Assembly: GCA_017499595.2 (NCBI GenBank)
Contig: CM039000.1
Location: 1 to 64,000 of the forward strand
From: Psilocybe cubensis
Lineage: Eukaryota
Direction: 5' to 3'
DNA length: 64,000 nt
In this document: piece after piece, positions 30,564-41,787 of the stretch
Numbering within the stretch: position 1 is the stretch's first letter
Layout: each line of letters opens with the position of its first letter
Notes under the pieces: model-generated
The model's input: the letters and a program-made list of their open reading frames with translations, nothing else
What the model was told of the DNA's origin: nothing
Databases searched by the model: none
Translations under genes and position numbers: made by a program

Positions 30564-33500
30564 CCCTTGGTAAAGGGCTTAAAGGGTATTAGCCTGCCAT
30601 GTCCAATGGCATGAGAGTGTCCCTTGGTAAAGGACTTAATAGGCAATAGCCTGCTCTTTTGTCATGAGCGGTATGTAGTGATCGTTTGCCTGTACGGTAG
30701 CGCCCATTGCTTGCACTGGTCCACGCCCGTAAAAAATCACGAGCCGCTGGCTTCTTTCCATTTTAACTCCCAGTTTAAACTAGTCGCTCGCACCTCGCTT
30801 CGCTCGGTGCTCGCTCCCCCCCTAAACCCAACGACTTTGCTATCACCCATCAGCCACTATGTCATCCCAATATTCTGCTGCTTTCTCTCGTGCCATGTCC
30901 CCCACCCTGGACGCACTCACCCAGGCCGTCGTCAACAACACCGTCTTCGGCGTCAACGATGAAGCAGGCCGCCAAAACGCTCTCATCGACGAGCTGGCCA
31001 CTGTGGTCATCAAGAAAATAGCTGAGTGCCGCTCCGTTGATCAAATAATAGACTGCGTCTTTTTTGACTATCGCGCTGCCCTTAGGGAGTTTCTCCTCAA
31101 CCTCGCATCGTGGTGCGACAAGAGGGAAACAGTCAGGGCTAGCCTTGAGCGCCTTGAACTTGCCGTTAGCGCAGGCAGCACCCCCAATCGCCTTAAGGTG
31201 AAGGCTCCCGAGTTCCAACTCACGAAGGAATTCGCGGATGCCGGGTCAGCGGAGGCTCTTCGAGTCTCTACTACGTTCTCCACCGCTCGTGACGTCTTCC
31301 AAAAGGCGATTAACGACGGCGCCATTCAGGCGAAAAAGGACGAACTGGCCTTTTGGGAGGATAAATGCGCACTCGCTTCTTGCTATGAAGCTGCTGCGGT
31401 CATCGTTAAGACAACTTACGAAGACCGCAAGTCCAGCTATAAGCTCCCCGTTTTCTCTACAGACAACAAGGGAGTTCGTCGCATAGCAGAGTGGGTAACG
31501 TCGCCGCAAAAGAAAGCCGAGTGCAGTGCGCTGCAAACTATACTGCCGGCTATCTTTTCTCATATCAAACAAATTGTCAAATTGCGCCACCGCGCTTTGG
31601 CAATTAAGATTGAGAAAAAGCGGTCGACCGCGGCTACAGCCGATGTCGAGATGGCCGACGCGACCAAACCAGGTCCGTCGATTCAATCCCTTATTGATAA
31701 GGGCTTGAATGCACGTCTTAAGAAGCTCAACCTTGGATATGTGGGCAAGAAGGCAGGTTTTCGTAACCCTTCACCCATAACTTTGGATACTAATTATTAT
31801 TCTAATTACCCAGACTTCGTCTGGCCAGAGTTCGTCCAAGGCTCCTCAACCTCAGGCCAAGAAAACTGGCCCTTCGAAACCCAAGTCGTCGTCGACGCCT
31901 TCGCAACGCAAGCCTCAAACCAAGGCTTCCAACAAGGTCGACAACAAGAAGAAAGGGAAGGGGAGAGCTCCCGTCAAGAACAACGATCCAAAGGGAAAGG
32001 GAAAGGCAAGAGCCTAAACGCGCGGTCTAATGTAGTACCTTTTACGTCGGTAAGACCCGCTTTCCCCAACTCTATTCCTGACGATATACTCACCATGACT
32101 AAAACAGACGCAGTTTCATTTGTACACCTCAATACCCCAATTTCTTTCTTATTGGCTGGCCAGTATAGATCTAGTGTACATTGTAGTCCTGGTGTTGTAG
32201 TTCCGGTTGATGTAGCAAACGACTTATCTCTCGGTTTAAATTATATGTTTTTCACACTGCCTTCTCAAAGTCTGATCATGCAAGCATGGAATGATTTTCA
32301 ACGAAGAATAAGATGGCGTATCTATTTTTTGTTTAAAGAAGGCATGAATAAACCTTTTGATCCAGATTATGGAGTAAGTTCTAAGAAAAAAGAAAAACCT
32401 CCTGTATTACCGCAATTTATGGAACTTGGCCTTTCAATGGGACGTCGGTACGTTATTAAAACGATCGCAAGTATCCCGGAAGAAGCCCTCAAGGAGATGC
32501 GAAAGCACGCGTTCTCTCCTAAAAGGGACAAGATCCAAAAGTTTCTTATCGATAACAACTATGTTATTACGATGACAGATAAGAATCTTGGCCTCGCGGT
32601 GTCTGAACGCGACTGGATATTAAGGAATGAGCTCAATCTTCTTGAAGATGAACGTAATTACGAAGAGCTAGAATTCGAAGTTGCGCAAGAAGTAATGAAG
32701 AGCAAAATGATCCAGATGCAAACTCTTGCACGTACCGTCGAAGATGAACATCTGTTTCTATTTGAACTTGGGTTGTCTCGATTCTTTCTATCGAATGTAC
32801 CGGAAGACGGATCATCGTTCAAGTATCCTCAATTTCATGGTATACCTAAAATCCACAAAAAACCTACTGGATTTAGGCCCATAATTCCGTGTCACTCTGT
32901 AGTATTTAATCCTGCAGCCAAGTTTGTATCAAAAGAGCTTAAGCCGATTATTAAATCGACTCCTTCAATCATTCACGGAACGAAGGATCTCTTTACGAGA
33001 TTAAGCCAATTGCGTATAGACCCCAAACGACAATGGTATTTTGTCACCGGGGATGTAGTTGCTTTCTATCCCAATATTCCGTTGGACTTGTGCATCGAAA
33101 TCGTTTGTAATATGTACGAGGAATGGTTACTCAACGCTTCGGAAGAAAACACTGCATTAGCCCATATTAATCCAAATTCGTTAGAGAATAACTTGGTTAA
33201 ATTGGGCATCTTTAAACGTGCTATCGAGATTGGCAATACGCAATTGATAACACAACATGGGTCTAGATATTTTAGACAAAAAAATGGCCTCGCAATGGGC
33301 GTCGCGGATTCTCCGGACCTTGCTAACCTCTTTGGAGCCCATTTTGAAATAAAGTCAAAAATCTTAGACCACCCAAACGTGGCCTTCTATGGAAGGTACA
33401 TCGACGATTGTTTCGCAATTGTTTACGCCGAGTCCGAAGCACTTGCACTTAATCTTATTAAAGAAACAATAAAGTTCGATGGTTGTGTTATCGAATGGGC

Positions 33501-35244
33501 TGTTTCCTCGTCGGGATGTCAATTTCTCGATGCTTTCATATTCAAGGAGTCTGGAAAACTTCATTGGAAGCCATTTGTCAAGACAGGAAACAACCGAGAA
33601 CGAGTTCCATGGGTATCACATCATCCTTTGGACGTCAAACGTGGCGTCTACATTGGAGAGTTATCCAGGTTAGCCGTGCTATGTAGTACCAAGGAAATCT
33701 ACATCGGAGCAATTAGAGACCTTAACGCTCTCTATTTGATGCGCGGTTATCCCGAAAACCTAGTCATGTCTTGGTGTAAGAAGAATATACAAGAACGTTG
33801 GGAAAAGCGATTCGCTTTACGAGTCGCAGAGCACGACGAATCCATTCTTGTACTTAAAACCAGATTTGATCAGGTATGGAATTGGTTTTCAGCTGCTGAA
33901 CTTGGAAAGACTGTTACCGAGTACTGGTCGGCATGGTATGAACATGCCGAGAAAGGTCTGTATAGTGCAGACTCGTCCAGACCCCTTATCAAACCAGATC
34001 CAAATTACGTTCACGACCTCGATGATGTTCGCCCGGAGCTGTTCACACAGATCCTCGTGGACGGAGAAACTGAGTTCGTACCGGATTTGAGGAAGATAGG
34101 ACTACTCGGAAGTCGTTGGATAGTATCGCGAAAGCGCAATACTAATCTTTTCGACCTTGCAAATGTGTGGAAGAAAACAGTCTTTCGTAAACTGGATGAA
34201 AACATCGCTGAAAAAGGTGGTGTTGTTCCCGAAACTCAAAACGTTAATGAAACTTATCATTCTGCTCTAGTTGAAGCTGCTGAACAGATAAGTATCGAAA
34301 GTGATAACGAGATAATACTTCATAGACGTTCAATCTCACAAGAGAGGGAACATCCAGAATTCGGCAGAATATCCAAATCTTACAACCGATGAAAAGAATA
34401 CTAGCGCGTAAGGCGTAAAGCATTAGAAAAAAACCCTAACCGTAAGTATTCCTTGCTATAAAGTAACAAACATCTACTTACAAGCAACACTTTGGATTAA
34501 ATAGCTAAACCTAAACCCTAAACCCTAAACCCTAAACCCTAACCTAACCCCAACCCTAAGCTAACTAAGTCTAACCTTAGTAGGAAGTAAGGTAGGCGTG
34601 TGAACTTCCGAACGGCATGTGATTGTGAAGGGCCGGATCTAATTTAGTACATGGGAAAAGTTACTTAGTACTTCGGGAAAAGTTCCTTAGTACCGTGGAA
34701 ACATTTTTGATGGACCGGATCATGAACTGTCCAATTAAGATTCACAACAATCAATCATTCTATTGTTTGATTGTTAGGTAAGGACCCAGGTAAGCTATTT
34801 ATACTCTAGACATGTGAATATTCCCATGTCGCGGTTACTCGGAGCCACGTAACCAGAGTAATCTATATCCATGTGATTCACATCACAGTCAATAACCCAC
34901 GATGTCAAAGAACAAAAGTGTTGGATCCACTTTTGACAGGTTACCATGTGCCACATCGACCCGTGACACTCTGTTCATCAGAGACCTGTCTAACTTGACA
35001 ATAAACATTGACAGATTTGTGATAGTCGGTAAGATACATGACAGCTGCGCAGCATCACTTCACGCGCTGTCATCGGATGTCTAGAACATTCCTTCTAAGA
35101 ATAGCCACTGAAGAGTCTATAAAGACGAAAGGGCTGGTTGTTGGGATCCCCCAACAGCCCTCTGGCTTCTTTCCATTTTAACTCCCAGTTTAAACTAGTC
35201 GCTCGCACCTCGCTTCGCTCGGTGCTCGCTCCCACCCTAAACCC
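30564..35244 (+). mobile_element. PLE copy 7, subfamily C, 5'-truncated inside the group I intron (remnant ~30564-30746); intact hammerhead at ~35102-35167
   Basis: Telomere repeats join CCCTTGGTAAAGGGC, which matches the intron from ~1549. Confidence 0.9.
30859..34392 (+). CDS. ORF1-RT polyprotein (1177 aa)
   Basis: Intact; protein matches 26160-29693. Confidence 0.93.
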   Translation: MSSQYSAAFSRAMSPTLDALTQAVVNNTVFGVNDEAGRQNALIDELATVVIKKIAECRSVDQIIDCVFFDYRAALREFLLNLASWCDKRETVRASLERLELAVSAGSTPNRLKVKAPEFQLTKEFADAGSAEALRVSTTFSTARDVFQKAINDGAIQAKKDELAFWEDKCALASCYEAAAVIVKTTYEDRKSSYKLPVFSTDNKGVRRIAEWVTSPQKKAECSALQTILPAIFSHIKQIVKLRHRALAIKIEKKRSTAATADVEMADATKPGPSIQSLIDKGLNARLKKLNLGYVGKKAGFRNPSPITLDTNYYSNYPDFVWPEFVQGSSTSGQENWPFETQVVVDAFATQASNQGFQQGRQQEEREGESSRQEQRSKGKGKGKSLNARSNVVPFTSVRPAFPNSIPDDILTMTKTDAVSFVHLNTPISFLLAGQYRSSVHCSPGVVVPVDVANDLSLGLNYMFFTLPSQSLIMQAWNDFQRRIRWRIYFLFKEGMNKPFDPDYGVSSKKKEKPPVLPQFMELGLSMGRRYVIKTIASIPEEALKEMRKHAFSPKRDKIQKFLIDNNYVITMTDKNLGLAVSERDWILRNELNLLEDERNYEELEFEVAQEVMKSKMIQMQTLARTVEDEHLFLFELGLSRFFLSNVPEDGSSFKYPQFHGIPKIHKKPTGFRPIIPCHSVVFNPAAKFVSKELKPIIKSTPSIIHGTKDLFTRLSQLRIDPKRQWYFVTGDVVAFYPNIPLDLCIEIVCNMYEEWLLNASEENTALAHINPNSLENNLVKLGIFKRAIEIGNTQLITQHGSRYFRQKNGLAMGVADSPDLANLFGAHFEIKSKILDHPNVAFYGRYIDDCFAIVYAESEALALNLIKETIKFDGCVIEWAVSSSGCQFLDAFIFKESGKLHWKPFVKTGNNRERVPWVSHHPLDVKRGVYIGELSRLAVLCSTKEIYIGAIRDLNALYLMRGYPENLVMSWCKKNIQERWEKRFALRVAEHDESILVLKTRFDQVWNWFSAAELGKTVTEYWSAWYEHAEKGLYSADSSRPLIKPDPNYVHDLDDVRPELFTQILVDGETEFVPDLRKIGLLGSRWIVSRKRNTNLFDLANVWKKTVFRKLDENIAEKGGVVPETQNVNETYHSALVEAAEQISIESDNEIILHRRSISQEREHPEFGRISKSYNR

Positions 35245-36590
35245 TAAACCCTAAACCCTAAGCCCTAACCTAACCCCAACCCTAAGCTAACTAAGTCTAA
35301 CCTTAGTAGGAAGTAAGGTAGGCGTGTGAACTTCCGAAAGGCATGTGATTGTGAAGGGCCGGATCTAATTTAGTACATGGGAAAAGTTACTTAGTACCTC
35401 GGGAAAAGTTCCTTAGTACCGTGGAAACATTTTTGATGGACCGGATCATGAACTGTCCAATTAAGATTCACAACAATCAATCAATTGATTGTTAGGTAAG
35501 GACCCAGGTAAGCTATTTATACTCTTGACATGAGAATATTCCCATGTCACGGTTACTCGGAGCCACGTAACCAGAGTATTTTATATCCATGTGATTCACA
35601 TCACAGTCAATAACCCACGATGTCAAAGAACAAAAGTGTTGGATCCACTTTTGACAGGTTACCATGTGCCACATCGACCCGTGACACTCTGTTCATCAGA
35701 GATCTGTCTAACTTGACAATAAACATTGACAGATTTGTGATAGTCGGTAAGATACATGACAGCTGCGCAGCATCACTTCACGCGCTGTCATCGGATGTTC
35801 CAGAACATTCCTTCTAAGAATAGCCACTGAAGAGTCTATAAAGACGAAAGGGCTGGCTGCTGATAACAATCAACAGCCCTCTGGCTACTTTCCATTTAAC
35901 TCACAGTTTAAATTAGTCGCTCGCACCTCGCTTCGCTCGGTGCTCGCTCCCCCCCTAAACCCGTTACCATGTGCCACATCGACCCGTGACACTCTGTTCA
36001 TCAGAGATCTGTCTAACTTGACAATAAACATTGACAGATTTGTGATAGTCGGTAAGATACATGACAGCTGCGCAGCATCACTTCACGCGCTGTCATCGGA
36101 TGTTCCAGAACATTCCTTCTAAGAATAGCCACTGAAGAGTCTATAAAGACGAAAGGGCTGGCTGCTGATAACAATCAACAGCCCTCTGGCTACTTTCCAT
36201 TTAACTCACAGTTTAAATTAGTCGCTCGCACCTCGCTTCGCTCGGTGCTCGCTCCCCCCCTAAACCCTAAACCCTAAACCCTAAACCCTAAACCCTAAAC
36301 CCTAAACCCGTGACACTCTGTTCATCAGAGACCTGTCTAACTTGACAATAAACATTGACAGATTTGTGATAGTCGGTAAGATACATGACAGCTGCACAGC
36401 ATCACTTCACGCGCTGTCATCGGATGTCTAGAACATTCCTTCTAAGAATAGCCACTGAAGAGTCTATAAAGACGAAAGGGCTGGTTGTTGGTACCCCCCA
36501 ACAGCCCTCTGGCCTTCTTTCCATTTAACTCACAGTTTAAACAAGTCGCTCGCACCTCGCTTCGCTCGGTGCTCGCTCCCCCCCTAAACC
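35245..36590 (+). mobile_element. Three ORF-less pLTR units in tandem (35245-35962 solo; 35963-36267 and 36306-36590 truncated), each with an intact hammerhead (~35821, ~36126, ~36449)
   Basis: All end at the CCCCCCCTAAACC 3' terminus; telomeric tract at 36268-36309. Confidence 0.88.
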
Positions 36591-39500
36591 TAAACCTAAA
36601 CCCTAAACCCTAAACCCTAAGCCCTAACCTAACCCCAACCCTAAGCTAACTAAGTCTAACCTTAGTAGGAAGTAAGGTAGGCGTGTGAACTTCCGAACGG
36701 CATGTGATTGTGAAGGGCCGGATCTAATTTAGTACATGGGAAAAGTTACTTAGTACTTCGGGAAAAGTTCCTTAGTACCGTGGAAACATTTTTGATGGAC
36801 CGGATCATGAACTGTCCAATTAAGATTCACAACAATCAATCAATTGATTGTTAGGTAAGGACCCAGGTAAGCTATTTATACTCTTGACATGTGAATATTC
36901 CCATGTCGCGGTTACTCGGAGCCACGTAACCAGAGTAATCTATATCCATGTGATTCACATCACAGTCAATAACCCACGATGTCAAAGAACAAAAGTGTTG
37001 GATCCACTTTTGACAGGTTACCATGTGCCACATTGACCCGTGACACTCTGTTCATCAGAGACCTGTCTAACTTGACAATAAACATTGACAGATTTGTGAT
37101 AGTCGGTAAGATACATGACAGCTGCACAGCATCACTTCACGCGCTGTCATCGGATGTCTAGAACATTCCTTCTAAGAATAGCCACTGAAGAGTCTATAAA
37201 GACGAAAGGGCTGGTTGTTGGTACCCCCCAACAGCCCTCTGGCCTTCTTTCCATTTAACTCACAGTTTAAACAAGTCGCTCGCACCTCGCTTCGCTCGGT
37301 GCTCGCTCCCCCCCTAAACCCAACGACTTTGCTATTACCCAACAGCTACCATGTCTTCCACTTACTCTGCTGCCTTCTCTCGTGCCATGTCCCCCACCCT
37401 GGACGCACTCACCCAGGCTGTCGTCAACAACACAGTTTTTGGCGTCAACGACGAAGCTGGCCGCCACAACGCCCTCATCGACGAGTTGGCCACTGTCGTC
37501 ATCAAGAAAATAGCTGAGTGCCGCTCCATTGACCAGATTGTAGACTGCGTCTTTTTTGACTATCGTGCTGCCCTTAGGGAGTTTCTCCTCAACCTCGCAT
37601 CGTGGTGCGATAAGAGGGAAACAGTCAAGGCTAGCCTCGAGCGCCTTGAACTTGCCGTTAGCGCAGGCAACACCCCCAATCGCCTTCGGGTGAAGGCTCC
37701 CGAGTTCCAACTTACGAAGGAATTCGCGGATGCCGGGTCAGCGGAAGCTCTTCGAGTTTCCTCTACGTTCTCCACCGCTCGTGATGTCTTCCAAAAGGCA
37801 ATCAACGACGGCGCCATTCAGGCGAAAAAGGACGAACTGGCCTTTTGGGATGATAAATGCGCACTCAATAACTGTTATGAAGCTGCTGCCCTCATCGTTA
37901 AGACAACTTACGATGATCGCAAATCCAGCTATAAGCTCCCCGTTTTCTCTACAGACAACAAGGGAGTTCGTCGAATAACAGATTGGGTAGTGTCACCGCA
38001 GAAGAAGGCTGAATGCAGCGCATTGCAAACCATTTTGCCAGCCATCTTCTCTCATATCAAACAGATTGTCAACTTGCGCCACCGCGCTTTGGCAATCAAG
38101 ATTGAGAAAAAGCGGTCGACTGCGGCAACAGCCGATGTCGAGATGGCCGATGCGACCAAACCAGGTCCATCGATTCAATCCCTTATTGATAAGGGCTTGA
38201 ATGCACGTCTCAAGAAGCTCAACCTTGGATCTGTGGGCAAGAAGGCAAGTTCTCGTAACCCTTCACCCATAATTCTGGATACTAATTACTATTCTAATTA
38301 CCCAGACTTTGTCTGGCCAGAATTCGTCCAAGGCTCCTCAACCTCAGGCCAAGAAAGCTGGCCCTTCGAAATTCAAACCCTCGTCGACGCCTTCGCAGAA
38401 GAAGCCCCAAACCAAGGCTTCCAACAAGGTCGACAACAAGAAGAAAGGGAAGGGGAGAGCTCCCGTCAAGAACGATCCAAAGGGAAAGGGAAAGGCAAGA
38501 GCCTAGACGCGCGGTCTAATGTAGTACCTTTTACGTCGGTAAGACCCGCCTTCCCCAACTCTATTCCTGACGATATACTCACCATGACTAAAACAGACGC
38601 AGTTTCTTTTGTACACTTACATACGCCGATCTCATTCTTGTTGGCTGGCCAGTATCGTAGTAGTGTACACTGTAGTCCTGGTGTGGTGGTCCCTGTAGAT
38701 ATAGCAAATGATTTGTCGCTCGGACTCAATTATATGTTTTTTACTCTGCCTTCTCAAAGTCTGATCATGCAAGCATGGAATGATTTTCAACGAAGAATAA
38801 GATGGCGTATCTATTTTTTGTTTAAGGAAGGCATGAACAAACCTTTTGATCCAGATTACGGAGTAAGCTCAAAAAAGAAAGAGAAACCTCCAGTATTACC
38901 GCAATACATGGAACTTGGCCTTTCGATGGGACGTCGGTACGTGCAACGCACGATCGCAAGTATCCCGGAAGAAGCCCTTACGGAGATGCGAAAGCACGCG
39001 TTCTCTCCTAAAAGGGACAAGATCCGTAAGTTTCTTATCGATAACAACTATGTTATTACGATGACAGATAAGAATCTTGGCCTCGCGGTGTCTGAACGCG
39101 ACTGGATATTAAGGAATGAGCTCAATCTTCTTGAAGATGAACGTAACTATGAAGAGTTAGAATTCGAAGTTGCGCAAGAAGTAATGAAGAGCAAAATGAT
39201 CCAGATGCAAACTCTTGCACGTACCGTCGAAGATGAACATCTGTTTCTATTTGAACTTGGGTTGTCTCGATTCTTTCTATCGAATGTACCGGAAGACGGA
39301 TCATCGTTCAAGTATCCTCAATTTCATGGTATACCTAAAATCCACAAGAAACCTACTGGATTTAGGCCCATAATTCCGTGTCACTCTGTAGTATTTAATC
39401 CTGCAGCCAAGTTTGTATCAAAAGAGCTTAAGCCGATTATTAAATCGACTCCTTCAATCATTCACGGAACGAAGGATCTCTTTACGAGATTAAGCCAATT

Positions 39501-41731
39501 GCGTATAGACCCCAAACGACAATGGTATTTTGTCACCGGGGATGTAGTTGCTTTCTATCCCAATATTCCGTTGGACTTGTGCATCGAAATCGTTTGTAGT
39601 ATGTACGAGGAATGGTTACTCAATGCTTCGGAAGAAAACACTGCATTAGCCCATATTAATCCAAATTCGTTAGAGAATAACTTGGTTAAATTGGGCATCT
39701 TTAAACGTGCTATCGAGATTGGCAATACGCAATTGATAACACAACATGGGTCTAGATATTTTAGACAAAAAAATGGCCTCGCAATGGGCGTCGCGGATTC
39801 TCCGGACCTTGCTAACCTCTTTGGAGCCCATTTTGAAATAAAGTCAAAAATCTTAGACCACCCTAATGTGGCCTTCTATGGAAGGTACATCGACGATTGT
39901 TTTGCAATTGTTTACGCCGAGTCCGAAGCACTTGCACTTAATTTAATTAAAGAAACAATAAAGTTCGATGGTTGTGTTATCGAATGGGCTGTTTCCTCGT
40001 CGGGATGTCAATTTCTCGATGCTTTCATATTCAAGGAGTCTGGAAAACTTCATTGGAAGCCTTTTGTCAAGACAGGAAACAACCGAGAACGAGTTCCATG
40101 GGTATCACATCATCCTTTAGACGTCAAACGTGGCGTTTACATTGGAGAGTTATCCAGGTTAGCCGTGCTATGTAGTACCAAGGAAATCTACATTGGAGCA
40201 ATTAGAGACCTTAACGCTCTCTATTTGATGCGCGGTTATCCCGAAAACCTAGTCATGTCTTGGTGTAAGAAGAATATACAAGAACGTTGGGAAAAGCGAT
40301 TCGCTTTACGAATCGCAGAGCACGACGAATCCATTCTTGTACTTAAAACCAGGTTTGATCAGGTATGGAATTGGTTTTCAGCTGCTGAACTTGGAAAAAC
40401 TGTTACCGAGTACTGGTCGGCATGGTATGAACATGCCGAGAAAGGTCTGTATAGTGTAGACTCGTCCAGACCCCTTATCAAACCAGATCCAAATTACGTT
40501 CACGACCTCGATGATGTTCGCCCGGAGCTGTTCACACAGATCCTCGTGGACGGAGAAACTGAGTTCGTACCGGATTTGAGGAAGATAGGACTACTCGGAA
40601 GTCGTTGGATAGTATCGCGAAAGCGCAATACTAATCTTTTCGACCTTGCAAATGTGTGGAAGAAAACAGTTTTTCGTAAACTGGATGAAGACATTGCCGA
40701 AAAAGGTGGTGTTGTTCCCGAAACTCAAAACGTTAATGAAACTTATCATTCTGCTCTAGTTGAAGCTGCTGAACAGATAAGTATCGAAAGCGATAACGAG
40801 ATAATACTTCATAGACGTTCAATCTCACAAGAGAGGGAACATCCAGAATTCGGCAGAATATCCAAATCTTACAACCGATGAAAAGAATACTAGCGCTTAA
40901 GGCGTAAAGCATTAGAAAAAAACCCTAACCGTAAGTATTCATTGCTATAAAGTAACAAACATCTACTTACAAGCAACACATTGGATTAAATAGCTAAACC
41001 TAAACCTAAACCCTAAACCCTAAACCCTAAGCCCTAACCTAACCCCAACCCTAAGCTAACTAAGTCTAACCTTAGTAGGAAGTAAGGTAGGCGTGTGAAC
41101 TTCCGAACGGCATGTGATTGTGAAGGGCCGGATCTAATTTAGTACATGGGAAAAGTTACTTAGTACTTCGGGAAAAGTTCCTTAGTACCGTGGAAACATT
41201 TTTGATGGACCGGATCATGAACTGTCCAATTAAGATTCACAACAATCAATCAATTGATTGTTAGGTAAGGACCCAGGTAAGCTATTTATACTCTTGACAT
41301 GTGAATATTCCCATGTCGCGGTTACTCGGAGCCACGTAACCAGAGTAATCTATATCCATGTGATTCACATCACAGTCAATAACCCACGATGTCAAAGAAC
41401 AAAAGTGTTGGATCCACTTTTGACAGGTTACCATGTGCCACATTGACCCGTGACACTCTGTTCATCAGAGACCTGTCTAACTTGACAATAAACATTGACA
41501 GATTTGTGATAGTCGGTAAGATACATGACAGCTGCACAGCATCACTTCACGCGCTGTCATCGGATGTCTAGAACATTCCTTCTAAGAATAGCCACTGAAG
41601 AGTCTATAAAGACGAAAGGGCTGGTTGTTGGTACCCCCCAACAGCCCTCTGGCCTTCTTTCCATTTAACTCACAGTTTAAACAAGTCGCTCGCACCTCGC
41701 TTCGCTCGGTGCTCGCTCCCCCCCTAAACCC
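36584..41731 (+). mobile_element. PLE copy 8, B-like variant, full length and innermost; intron-less pLTRs 36584-37321 and 40994-41731 (hammerheads at ~37179 and ~41589)
   Basis: Direct repeats around an intact ORF; carries private substitutions. Confidence 0.92.
37351..40881 (+). CDS. ORF1-RT polyprotein (1176 aa)
   Basis: Intact, with PLE RT motifs. Confidence 0.93.
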   Translation: MSSTYSAAFSRAMSPTLDALTQAVVNNTVFGVNDEAGRHNALIDELATVVIKKIAECRSIDQIVDCVFFDYRAALREFLLNLASWCDKRETVKASLERLELAVSAGNTPNRLRVKAPEFQLTKEFADAGSAEALRVSSTFSTARDVFQKAINDGAIQAKKDELAFWDDKCALNNCYEAAALIVKTTYDDRKSSYKLPVFSTDNKGVRRITDWVVSPQKKAECSALQTILPAIFSHIKQIVNLRHRALAIKIEKKRSTAATADVEMADATKPGPSIQSLIDKGLNARLKKLNLGSVGKKASSRNPSPIILDTNYYSNYPDFVWPEFVQGSSTSGQESWPFEIQTLVDAFAEEAPNQGFQQGRQQEEREGESSRQERSKGKGKGKSLDARSNVVPFTSVRPAFPNSIPDDILTMTKTDAVSFVHLHTPISFLLAGQYRSSVHCSPGVVVPVDIANDLSLGLNYMFFTLPSQSLIMQAWNDFQRRIRWRIYFLFKEGMNKPFDPDYGVSSKKKEKPPVLPQYMELGLSMGRRYVQRTIASIPEEALTEMRKHAFSPKRDKIRKFLIDNNYVITMTDKNLGLAVSERDWILRNELNLLEDERNYEELEFEVAQEVMKSKMIQMQTLARTVEDEHLFLFELGLSRFFLSNVPEDGSSFKYPQFHGIPKIHKKPTGFRPIIPCHSVVFNPAAKFVSKELKPIIKSTPSIIHGTKDLFTRLSQLRIDPKRQWYFVTGDVVAFYPNIPLDLCIEIVCSMYEEWLLNASEENTALAHINPNSLENNLVKLGIFKRAIEIGNTQLITQHGSRYFRQKNGLAMGVADSPDLANLFGAHFEIKSKILDHPNVAFYGRYIDDCFAIVYAESEALALNLIKETIKFDGCVIEWAVSSSGCQFLDAFIFKESGKLHWKPFVKTGNNRERVPWVSHHPLDVKRGVYIGELSRLAVLCSTKEIYIGAIRDLNALYLMRGYPENLVMSWCKKNIQERWEKRFALRIAEHDESILVLKTRFDQVWNWFSAAELGKTVTEYWSAWYEHAEKGLYSVDSSRPLIKPDPNYVHDLDDVRPELFTQILVDGETEFVPDLRKIGLLGSRWIVSRKRNTNLFDLANVWKKTVFRKLDEDIAEKGGVVPETQNVNETYHSALVEAAEQISIESDNEIILHRRSISQEREHPEFGRISKSYNR

Positions 41732-41787
41732 TAAACCCTAAACCCTAAACCCTAAACCCTAAACCCTAAACCCTAAACCCTAAACCC
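41725..41787. repeat. Innermost telomeric tract, probably the ancestral chromosome end
   Basis: Nine perfect TAAACCC units abutting unique DNA at 41788. Confidence 0.9.

Noticed and set aside
140-41731. Array as an assembly artefact or CRISPR-like array
   Set aside because: Copies have private substitutions and distinct truncation junctions; there is no repeat-spacer structure and the context is eukaryotic.
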